Position numbers and translations under genes: made by a program. Positions 1 to 43,268 of a stretch of 64,000 nt of DNA are shown here, piece after piece. This stretch comes from Lingula anatina. Its lineage: Eukaryota; Animalia; Brachiopoda. Within the stretch, counting starts at the first letter, position 1. Each line of letters starts with the position of its first letter. Location: contig CM120648.1 in assembly GCA_051362555.1 (NCBI GenBank), forward strand, positions 9,234,587 through 9,298,586, written 5' to 3'. The notes beneath the pieces were generated by a model. The model saw nothing but the letters and a program-made list of their open reading frames with translations, did no database searches and was not told where the DNA came from.

Positions 1-1042
1 GGTGACTCAAGATAAGATGAGAGAAGCCAATCTCTCGAGGGCTCGATACATGTAATTTTAAAACACTTTAAAAAGTGTGGTAGTCAGGCTGTAGATAGAT
101 GGAGTAAAATGGCCCGTAGAAAAAACCGTCACGTGTCACTTGGAGCCATTTAAAGTATTTCATTAGTTACTACGGGTCATCGTAGTAAAGCACTTTAATT
201 TAGCTCTGTTCAATTGTTGTATCTTTTTAATGATATTGTATTATGCATTTTTGTTAGCGATCTGTTGTATAATTAGCAGATCTTTTTGACCACATTTTTA
301 TGTGTGTGAACGTATAAAGTAGAAAAACGACTTACTTTTCTTTAGAAATTTATAATTGTCAAGCATTTTTAGTTATAAATTACTATTATATATCCCAGAA
401 AGGTTGGTATCTTGCTGTTGAGAAACGTATTTGGGAAAATGAATAGTGCCATTTGTCCCTTGATTTCTGTTTGAAGAAAAATATTTCAAGATGCATGACC
501 TGCTTAAAGGGCGACGGCCTATAATCAGAAGTATTATTATGTAAGATTCTAGGAGTTATTAGAAAATTAAAAGTTTTCACGAGGCGTGGCTTGTCATAGA
601 CGTAGGCTATTTTGTTCTGCGTTAAATAATACAGTACCCGGCTACCTATCAAGCGTGCAATCCTTTTTTGTTTTGTTTTTTTCATGTTCAAAATTAGCAA
701 ATTGTAGAAAACCTTATAGGCGGTGCAATATTTCAAGTCACGCACATTAAGGAAGGTAACGTGATTGTGTAACCAATGTTTGCATCAAATTCACCTATTC
801 GTTGCTGTTTAGGTGGAGAGAAACGCCTGAAGAAAATGGCTCCGATGAAGACTTAGATTCATGTTACTGCTCTCGTGTCTTTTTACGCCTTATAAAGGCA
901 GGTGAAGTGTCAAAGATCATGTTACTGATTTTTTTCATGATTGAATACACCGGCTGTGCCATACGCCTAGTGCACCTAGTGAAAGTTCTTTGAATAAAGT
1001 TTTTAAATTGATGTATATATTCCCTGGCAAGCTGCTCTCTAA

Positions 1043-1217
1043 GGCCTCATTCAGAATAGGGGACTAACTAGTCCGAGGGTCAAATATGGCCGACCCACTT
1101 GAATACTTCCCCACGGGATATCTATTCAGTGTCTATTGGCGGATTAGCCGGCAAGCTTTGTAGTGGGTGGCCGTATTTGACCCTCGGACTAATAACCCCC
1201 CTATTCTGAATGGGACC
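1043..1217. mobile_element. Tourist/PIF-Harbinger-like MITE
   Basis: ~55-bp inverted ends (GGCCTCATTCAGAATAGGGGACTAACTAGTCCGAGGGTCAAATATGGCC...) flanked by TAA on both sides. A second copy lies at 50701-50859. Confidence 0.75.
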
Positions 1218-3880
1218 TAAGGCGGCTGACTGTTTATGTCACAAAGTGCATTCTGGGTGCCTCGGCGTATAACGGTGATCATCTTTTTACTGACATGCTT
1301 TTGTTCATCTTGCTCTAATATAATTTCCGGATATCTAACGGCAGTACGAAATGTGCACCAGTACACCGACGTGGCCAGGATTTTGCCTAGGGGGTGGGGG
1401 GTGGGGGTTGATTGGGGAGGGGTGTAGAACAAGGATCAAAATGTAAAACGGACGAGGATAATTTTGCTATAATGTGTAGGCACAGGGATGGAAAAATCGA
1501 TCGCTTTTTTCTCTCGTTTTGCTCGCTATACTTTTTTTTGAGTGGGGATACAAGTTCGTGACGTAACCTTAGGTGCTCTCTGTTAAAGTTTGTGTCATGT
1601 ATCAAGGCGTTGACTTCTTTCAAAGGTCGTCGTCACGTTAGGTGTTTTTTGTAAGTATATCCGATTTCATTTCGATATGAAGAAATGAGTTTTTTTATGT
1701 GAAAAAAAGATGTACCTGTTGTCGGTTCTTGTGAGTTAATTTTGTAGCACGAGAAGCGTTTTTTTCGGAAAAAAAGTTATAAGTCCAGAAGCAGGTTGTA
1801 TTATATTCGATCTCTCTAAAAATATAACTGTCGTTGGCACAGCAGAAGGACACCGTTGTTTTTAACCTTGGGTAGCAAAAATAATTTATCAGTTATATAG
1901 ATTCAATTTTTCTATATTTTTTTTCACATTTTTTGTCAGATTGTCATCTCAGCGGTCGGCTTATTCAGTCGAATGTGACAAGTATTAGGTGAAAAAACTG
2001 AAAAAGTAATGGAAAAATTGAAAATATAATTTACTGATGTGAACATAATATATTATAAGAGTTAATCAATGGTTGGTTGTTGATCCACTGCTCCAAAGAA
2101 TTCCAACTGGTTGATTTGGAGGACTTAAACTACTTCTGAATTGGGTTAGCTTTTCGTAAAGCAATGTACCTATATAGACCTTTTGCAATGTCGTCATAAC
2201 ATAAGGGAGGAAAAAAAACAGCAGACCCTTGCAAAGGCAACCCTTCTTAGTTTTATAGGCCTAGAGCAAAATGTTTAACTTTTAATTTTGCCACATTCGA
2301 AATGTCAGCTTTCCGAATGGAATGGCAAAAAAAAAAAAAAAAGAATGCGTAGTGTTATTGGGAATGAGGTATTCTCGTAAGTTTCTCTGTCCATTTACAT
2401 GAAAATCCTCGACCGAGTTGCCAACTACATAACATGTCCACAGTCGGTGTGTGGCGTCACCGCAATAAGGTCTATAGAATATACAGCAGGTATGTGACGT
2501 CAACGGAATAAGATCTGTAGAAAGTCATTTTTTACGATTCAATATATTAATAGGTGATGTTGTAAACGTCCCTCTCGCTTCAATGTCGTACAAAGGCATT
2601 TTTGCCTGCTTAAAAAGCATTACTGGTGCACATATTTTACTATTACTATTTTCTGTTTAAGGTTATTCTGTAGGCATTATCACAGTAGTGATATTTCTTT
2701 ATGATATTAGTTTGTTACATCATTTTTTCCAGTTATATTTTATGTTAGTCAGAGCTAGTTCAGTTATATTTTATGTCCAGTTCTATTTTCAGACTAAGCA
2801 GTTGGTAATTTCCTTTTTACTTATCAATGGTAATGCAGTTTTCCACATAATATAAATGCTTTAGTTTGCACAGGCAGTCATGAAAACCTTTAGAGATTTG
2901 TCGGCAATGCAATAACTCCTTGCAAAAGAGCATGGATCAATAACAATGCTTATTTTAGGTAGAAAACTAAGTTACGTAATAAAGAAATGTTTAGATACCA
3001 CGTGTAGTATTCCTTCTTTAGATTTTGACAAAGGATTTCAACTACAGACGGAGAGAATCGTGTTACCAACTATGTTTAAGCAATTTTGACTGTCATATTC
3101 TTGGAATATCTTATCCAGTCGATTCTTGGAAAAGATATTGCGGATTCTTTTTTAAAGAAATACTTGAAGAAATGCTTGGCTTCTTGTATGACATGGATTG
3201 TTTGTGCGCTTTGCTCTATTTGATACCATTCTGTTCAGTTACTCGAGTTTCGTTCAATTATAGGTTCACTACCTCGAGTCATCGTCGGCATGCTCAACCA
3301 CTCATTCCACGTCCGCTGAACCAAGCTTGTTTAACAGACCCGTAGACACGTTTTTCCGAAATAAAAAAGGAGAAATTCCAGGAAGTTCATTGTCACAGAC
3401 ATCGTGCTTTGTTACAGTGTCATTAAAACATTATGTTGATTGAAAAAGAACCCAGACCCTATTCTGGTGCAAAAAGATGACTATAATTTGTTATGCGGAC
3501 CAAGAGTACGACCATAAATTTTTAATTAAATTACCGTTTATGAAAGTACAGATAGATTGCACAGCACTCTCTTTCTTTTGTTTGGTCACATTACTGCTAA
3601 ATTACGTGCGCGACAAACATCAGTGTTATTCACTCTTAAAATTCCGTTTTCGCGCGCCAGGCACTCTCGGTTTGCTGTGACGTCAACTTAATTACCCTTT
3701 CATAAATTAAAAGGCTGAAATAGTTACTTGAATAAAAAATAATTATATTAATTAAATAAGACCCACGACTTTTTTTTGAAGTATGTAATGTTCTATGGAA
3801 CAAGAATTGTTGGCAATCACACAGACATGCATTCAAGTATAGACAAACCTGAAGAAGTAACAGTAAAACTGTACACACGA

Positions 3881-3886
3881 TTTATT
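3881..3886 (-). terminator. Candidate NCAPD2 polyadenylation signal
   Basis: AATAAA on the minus strand ~730 nt after the stop codon, following U-rich 3'UTR-like sequence. Confidence 0.4.
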
Positions 3887-4188
3887 CTAAAATTCACATG
3901 TAAAATAATTATAATACATAAAATGATACCAAGTCAGGTATATTCTCCAGAATATGTATATATAATTTCTGACACAAGACAAATTGTGTTGACACTAATA
4001 AAGTCTTTTAAAAAATCACCATTCAACATCTTTTCACACCATTCTTCTAATTAACACCGTTCACACATTCTCTATCAGATTTAAATTATTTATCAATAAT
4101 CCATCCACAGAACATATGTAAAAATGTGAAGTATTCCAATAGGTACAAAATAAGTCATTATAACAGGAAATATCCAGACGTGCGGAAG

Positions 4189-4230
<42 letters not shown>

Positions 4231-4613
4231 GGGGAGGGTCGCTTAAACTTAAGGACAATTCATTCACTATTTTCAGTGATGCCAAAGAGGCTGACCTTCA
4301 CTGTGTCTGCACAGGTCAATACATTCTTGAAGACATAAAAGTCAACTAACGACATAAATTACCCAACAGTTTATGAGATATAAAAAGTGTGAAAGAAACA
4401 TCCTTTTTGTGAATGAGATAGCGTGCCTGATTCTTTCAAACCATATCCATTTTTGATAGTCATTCCAAGTACTAAACAAAAGGTTACTTCTTTAAAAAAA
4501 ATAAATAAAAAACATTAACAACTCTATACCACTAAATGCTCTTGCTAAAATTGTCTCTGCTGTGTCTATTCATTAGTAGACATAACATGTAAGAATAAAA
4601 CATTCAGCCACTG

Positions 4614-26864
<22,251 letters not shown>

Positions 26865-27543
26865 CTTGGATGAAGGCAGCTTCTGAAAAAATAAAAACCA
26901 TATTCAGACAACTGATTATTATTTAATTATATATGTAGGCAGCAATGAGTATTCCAAACATAAAAAAAAATCTATTCTCCTTGCCATTTTGGCAATGGGG
27001 GTCTAAATGTCGGCTAGTGTTATATAAAATTAAAATGTTTTTAGTAGTCTAGTGCCTTTTTTTAGTATGTGAGCAACTGCCACGGGCAAGATACCTATGA
27101 CTCTGACTGAAAAATTTCAGAAACTGTACCTTTAGTAATCAATTTGTTTGATTAAAGGGAAAGCAACCCTTGAATTCAGTGAACTTGCTGTAAAATGAGT
27201 TAAGACCCCCCCCCCCCCTCCCCCGCTCTTATTTGGTGAGACGCACCTGGCATTCTCCGAGGACTTTATGGAAAATTAAAAAGTGAATAACTGTTAAGTA
27301 GTGCTTAACCTAGGAATATTGGAGTCAAGTCTAGCCTAGAGAGAGAGTGAAACAGTCGTAACCAATCTATTGCCACTACCAAACCTCCCTAGGAAGGAAC
27401 AAACACTAAAATTAGCAAACTGCAATAAGTCACTTCGCAATGATTTCCGATTAAAGACGATGATCGTGTCCAATGACATATATTTAGGAATATTTTTCAA
27501 TTCTGAATATGGCATATAACATGGACAGTACAGCAGTATTTAC

Positions 27544-27600
27544 CTTTCACAGGAGTAAATCCCTGTTTAAACCTTCCGAAATGGCCGCCTATTTTCGAAT
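27544..27600 (-). other. NCAPD2: Probable non-coding first exon of NCAPD2
   Basis: Minus-strand donor GAAAG|GTAAAT at 27543 lies just downstream of the promoter motifs. The ATG-bearing exon starts at an acceptor (TTTTTCAG, 26883), so an upstream UTR exon is required. The TSS position is approximate. Confidence 0.55.
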
Positions 27601-27764
27601 GGCCTATTTGATTTATTTTGACCAATCAAAATCGCGTTCTGACAGCGGCCCTTATTTTCTGCACGGTGTGCGTGATTCAGTAAGATCTTTTATTTTCATT
27701 TCGTTGTTATTAAAATATTTGATTTTGTGTAGCATATATGATTAGTAATATAGTATACTAGCCG

Positions 27765-37891
<10,127 letters not shown>

Positions 37892-40248
37892 CTGTGTTAG
37901 GTTTTATTAAATGTATGTACGCACTCCAGTCCAGCTAACGTAACTGCTAACTCTTTGTGGCTGCTCCAGTGCAGCTAACAAAACTTGACCATCAAAGAAA
38001 TTTAGCCACAGACAAGTAGACAGCTAACTGTTTGTGGCTGCTCCAGTGCAGCTTTCTTACTTTACCCTCCATGAATTTCAGCTGCAAGCAAGTCCACAGC
38101 TTAATCAAGTGTCATCAGAAGTGCCGATAGATTCGGAAACATTTGCTGAGGAAAAAAATCAAGTGTAATTGTGATTATATCTGTATGGAGGCACTACATC
38201 TTTTCCCAGCACTTCCTTCAGTGATAATTCTCTGCAAGTACTGCTGTGTTGCTTAAATGTGCTACATATTTTAACAATATTTATATATATGTATATTGTA
38301 CAAAGATATGTAATCAAATATATGATATACGATATAGGTCATCAGAAGGGGATTCACTCGGTCAGCTAAGCTGCCATGGTTTTCCACGTTTCCAGTTTTG
38401 CCATAGGTTGCAGAACGTGGATTCTGTGAAATTCAAAGAATTAAGATTACTGGAATACCAATTAGTTTACTTATTAGTAATGAAATATGAAAAAAAATAT
38501 TGTTCTTGGAAATCGAAATTGTGTAATTTTCCAGACAGTGTTCTTCATCTTCTGATATGTATGTTGATTTCTAGAAACTCTTGTAATATTAACTATTCTT
38601 GTTTGTTACATCATTTTTTTCAGGATATAAAAAAGATGATGGGCATTTGGTGTTTGTTTTAGTAGGACAGTAATGTTGAGTAAACTTGATAATGTTCATG
38701 TTGTCACTATAGAACTTTTTTTTTCTCTTCATTAATCTACTCTCAGTTACTAGCTCCTGTTAATCTTCAATTTCACAATTTTGATTTGGAATCTATTTTT
38801 TATTAGAATTGCAGTTATGTAGATGTGAACTTACTTTTTGCAAAGGAAAAAAAAAGAAGACCACAATTACACAAAGAAAATAAATAATTTATTTTTCTAC
38901 CATTTTGCACTAAGAATTCTGAATTCTGAGAGAGAAAGTTAGTTCAGTTAGCAAATGTTTTGCTTAAGTTGTTTTATATGATGTCATATATTTAGTTCAA
39001 ATGTCAAGGGCATAAAAGGTCAAATATAACTGTCAAGTAATTAAATTTGTATTACCTTTCCTGAATGTGAGAAACTTGTATCTTTGTCTTGCAAAAAGAA
39101 TATGTGAACCATTGGGGGAATTCAAAATGTTTGCTTTGAACATGAAATGATAATTTTGGCATGTGTGACACATTAGATGAAAAAGGGAATGCTTCAGTGA
39201 ATTTAATAATTTATATTTCGTGCAAAAAGGTATACTTGTTGAATTTCAGATTCTATGTATCTTTTGTAAAAGTGGAGTGGATATTTGAGTGAGACCGACT
39301 CTGTTACAGTGAATGTGTTAAATACTGTAGCATAGTTAATATGTGAACACATGATAATGTTTTAGCATTATTAGTTGTATATTAATGTATTAAGTTGGGA
39401 TTGTATTGCTACCATCTTTGATAAAGCTAGGGCACTGAAGTTCTTCCTTTTTGGTGCTATCTTTGATAAAGTTATGGCACTTTTTGGCAAAGTTCTTCCT
39501 TTTTGATGCTATCTTTGATGAAGATAGGACATTTTCGGACAATTTTTTTTCTTCCGTCAAGCCTGTTATATAGGTAAAAGCAGAAGTTGAAAATAAATTG
39601 TAACTCTTTAAAAATTAATTTTACATTCTTTTCAGACAGAACTGGCATCATTTGCAATTGGAGAATCCTTTTTGTGCTGAAAATGGTTTTATATCAATGA
39701 TTTCAAAGATTCATTACCAATGAAATGGCTGTACCACATGTAAAAATGTGTGAATAGGTAGTTTTTCTTTTATTAATGGCTGGACACTTTTCTTAGCTTA
39801 TTGACAAAGTTTAAGCATAAGGCCAAAGTAATTAAAGAGTCACCTGTTGTTTGATATAATAAGTATGATTTATATGGTGAAACTGTCGAGATGTATGTCG
39901 TGTAGTAACTTTTGAAAAGGGGCAATTCTTGCTAGGGTCATGGGAGATGGTTTTGTTCTCTGTTACAATCAATATTTTAAGAATGATTCCTATTTTAAAA
40001 AACCCTGCTCAGCTTATGATACAGAGCAAGATGGAGCTACTTTAATTTTTTTGTGACTGAGAAAAAAGGCGATATTCTTCATGAGAGGCTAGAATTTCTC
40101 CTTGAGTGTAAGATGAATTATATTATTTTAAATGCCTGTGTGAATGTAGGTAATGGAAAAGATGGAATATCATATCATGTGTTGGCAATAAATTTGTTAA
40201 CTTTTTTTATACTGTGTTTTCCTTCTGGATATAGATGGTTTTTACGTT

Positions 40249-40254
40249 AATAAA
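40249..40254 (+). terminator. Candidate POM121-like polyadenylation signal
   Basis: AATAAA (another at 40187) at the end of ~2.3 kb of U-rich UTR-like sequence, just before a repeat element. Confidence 0.35.
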
Positions 40255-40261
40255 AGCCTCA

Positions 40262-40870
40262 GTATTCGTATTATTAGTACCACCAGCATGTATGCTGGCA
40301 GTGCTCATGGTTTAAGTCCCGGCCCGTCTCATACAGCTCCGCACTCTGGTGCCGGATACAAGTCACCGTTACCACTTCTCCTAGTTCACAAGGACCTGTG
40401 TCCCCATGTCTCGGTTTTAGGTGACATATAATCTCAACTTGCACCCCATGTTTTTTTTTTCCTCAGTTGGTGCGTTGGCCTTGGCGTGATGCTCGTTGAA
40501 ACACATCCTTGTCAAAATTTGCAAAATGGAATGCTAAATGTCTCCCAAACTGAAGGAATTATGTGGAAAATTACTGTAGAAGTCTGACTGAGAGTCCTGT
40601 GGTGATTCCAAATGGATTTGACCTTTGACCGTTATTGCAAGGTCAAACAGGCCAAAATTTTCTAAAAATGAGAATTTTCTGCAAAAAAAAAAAAAAAAAA
40701 TTGTCCCAATTTTCAGAACCTACACAGACCGATGATATTATACTAATGTGAGGGGTTACAATTAGGGACTCCTTTCATCTTCAGGAGTTTGGGATCAATC
40801 GGTGCATTTTCACAGGAGAAGCAGCCATAAGCCATCAGAATTAATGTTAACTGTAACGTTAAAACATTTA
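40262..40870. mobile_element. Interspersed repeat fragment with HINE-like terminal hairpin at the 5' break of the RASA1-like gene
   Basis: Hairpin CCAGCAT-GT-ATGCTGG after TATTATT; TTTGACCTTTGACC...AAGGTCA motifs of the kind seen in such elements. Confidence 0.4.
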
Positions 40871-40958
40871 CCCCAGTTACAAATAAGCTAACAGCAAGCT
40901 AAGCCCATGAGCTAGTTAACCTGAATTATTTACTTCAGCTTCGAAAAAAGGTGATGTA

Positions 40959-41546
40959 TTCTTGGTACATAATGAGGAATTAAGGGACAGCTGGATATGG
41001 GTGACATTCTTGGTACATAATGAATTGGTGGACGGCTGGATATGGGTGACATTCTTGGTACATAATGAATTGGTGGACGGCTGGATATGGGTGACATTCT
41101 TGGTACATAATGAATTGGTGGACGGCTGGATATGGGTGACATTCTTGGTACATAATGAATTGGTGGACGGCTGGATATGGGTGACATTCTTGGTACATAA
41201 TGAATTGGTGGACGGCTGGATATGGGTGACATTCTTGGTACATAATGAATTGGTGGACGGCTGGATATGGGTGACATTCTTGGTACATAATGAATTGGTG
41301 GACGGCTGGATATAGGTGACATTCTTGGTACATAATGAATTGGTGGACGGCTGGATATGGGTGACATTCTTGGTACATAATGAATTGGTGGACGGCTGGA
41401 TATAGGTGACATTCTTGGTACATAATGAATTGGTGGACGGCTGGATATGGGTGACATTCTTGGTACATAATGAATTGGTGGACGGCTGGATATGGGTGAC
41501 ATTCTTGGTACATAATGAATTGGTGGACGGCTGGATATAGGTGGCA
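40959..41546 (+). repeat. 45-bp minisatellite x13 derived from the SH3-coding exon
   Basis: One 48-bp variant unit followed by 12 copies of ttcttggtacataatgaattggtggacggctggatat(g/a)ggtgaca (=FLVHNELVDGWIWVT). TAG variants at 41313, 41403 and 41538. Confidence 0.97.
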
Positions 41547-42012
41547 TCTCTTACAACTAAAGAGAGTGGCATTGTGTACTAGGAGCTGGTCATAGATCTG
41601 GTAAGAATCTTTTGCATTTTTAATATAGATTTAGTAAGTATCTTCATGTTTACAAATTTAAGATTTTCTGTGTTTAATTATACATAATAGGCCTTCTTTG
41701 CGCCTGCACGCTAAACTGAAGCTAAGCAGTAATGGCCTTTATAACAGATGCAATTGAACTTAGTAGTGTCCATTTGACCTTACATTTAACCTTCATTTGG
41801 AGAATTTATCCAGATTGCACATCAAATGAAGAAATCAGAAATTCAAGCAAAAAGAAAATGTTGCTGTTATTGAATAGAAAGACCAGACTATGGTTGGAAC
41901 ATTTAACTATAATTTTTTCAGCTTGTAAACATGGGAACAGGAGGAACATTAATGGGTTTATAGCAAGGATGTCATTTATACAGTTATGAAAACTGGTCTG
42001 TACATCAGGCAT

Positions 42013-42224
42013 CTTAGACTGGGTTCCCATACTTAGATTGATCCATCTGGATTGACCTAACTCCCTGGGGGTTCACACTAAATTGCTATCAGCTCAAAAG
42101 ATAATTGCCCCCTAGCAGCTTTACTAGGTGTGACATACATTTAAGCCAGCCAAGTTGACAGCATTTTAGTGAGACCCCCCAGGGAGATAGATCGATCCAA
42201 ATATCTGTGGGAATGGTTCCTTAA
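42013..42224. mobile_element. Short interspersed repeat (MITE-like), with an inverted homolog at ~57505-57637
   Basis: GATAGATCGATCCAAATATCTGTGGGAATGGTTCCTTAA and ACTGGGTTCCCATACTTAGATTGATCCATCTG match the reverse complement at 57505-57637. Ends are TTA/TTAA-like. Confidence 0.6.
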
Positions 42225-43268
42225 ACTCTTATTGCTTTTCTGGTTTTTCTCTGAATCGCTCATTTTACTGTTGTATGCTAAAACTTCAACTTGTCAAATG
42301 TTTCTTGTTGAAGGAAGCACAATGTTTTTCTTTTGATATTAAGAAAGGCAGTCATGATCTTGTGGAAAATAATCTTTGGTTTCATCCAGGTATTGCAAAA
42401 CAAGAGGTTTCCCAGAAAAAGAAAAGACATCAAAATTCCAGTAATTTTCATAATTAAAATAATATATTTATGTTTAGTAATATATTTTGATCAAATGAGT
42501 CTGATAAATTGTTTTGATGTCAACTGTTTTACATCTGGTTCTGGTAGTTTTCTGGTCAGACCAAGTGAAATGGCACCTGGAGACTTCACACTCTATTTTT
42601 ATGTTGAAATCAAATTCAGAAGTTAAAAATATCTAGAAAAAGAAGGGAGCCAATTTGCCTTAGGAGGAGGATATTTTGAAAGGTATGCTTCTAATATGTT
42701 TTCTGGTGTGTCGATGAAAGTCCAAATACCACTGTGACAAGAGTTTCAAAAAGTACTTTGTCTCCTCAGTCTGAAAAAAAACCAAAAAAAACAGTGCTTA
42801 TACATTCCAACAAGAAATATAAATGCCGATTTTTTGTTTTTGAAGGTTATTTGTTGTTTTAAATCAGCGCAAAGATAGATGCATTATTGAAGATGCACGA
42901 AAAACCACATTTTCGTTATCTGGATGATAATAAAGGGTTACCATATCCTTCAATTTCTCCCTCCACCTGTCAGTTCAAGCTGGCTTATAAGCAATTTATT
43001 TTCAAAATCTTGAAATGTGGTTTGCCAATCTGCATCCTTCTCAGGTTTTCATTATTTTATGTCAAATTACTTCTCTGGAACCCTTCAGGCATATTAGGAC
43101 CTGAAATTTTATAAATTGAATTATGTGTCACATTCAATTTTTGTGACATCAGCATATGTATATATATATATAATATTTTGTGATATTTTTGAATTATTTT
43201 GTACTGGAAAGACAAAAGGGTAGGATGGCTTCATTAAATGGTGATTCTGATGCTTCTTGTTGTTTTAG

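Larger units (their letters stand above)
40939..42682 (+). pseudogene. RASA1: Degenerate 5' exons (SH3 and C-terminal SH2) of the RASA1-like gene
   Basis: SH3 exon 40939-41600 reads FEK(+1 A)GDVFLVHNE..GWIWV..SLTTKESGIVY*ELVIDL, similar to human FLKGDMFIVHNELEDGWMWVTNLRTDEQGLIVEDLVEEV, with TAG stops. Exon ~42344-42440 reads NLWFHPGIAKQE (~IWFHGKISKQE). Exon 42535-42682 reads GSFLVRPSEMAPGDFTLYF..*..QFALGGGYFE, with a CAT instead of CAG acceptor and TAA at 42624. Confidence 0.85.

Noticed and set aside
386-993. 119-aa and 63-aa ORFs and an exon-like piece at ~813-901
   Set aside because: No recognisable domain or connected exon chain.
40916-41572. Long minus-strand ORFs (218/205/177 aa) and the CRISPR-like look of the 45-bp array
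   Set aside because: There are no unique spacers and the context is eukaryotic. The minus-strand ORFs are by-products of a unit length divisible by 3; the informative frame is the plus-strand SH3 frame.
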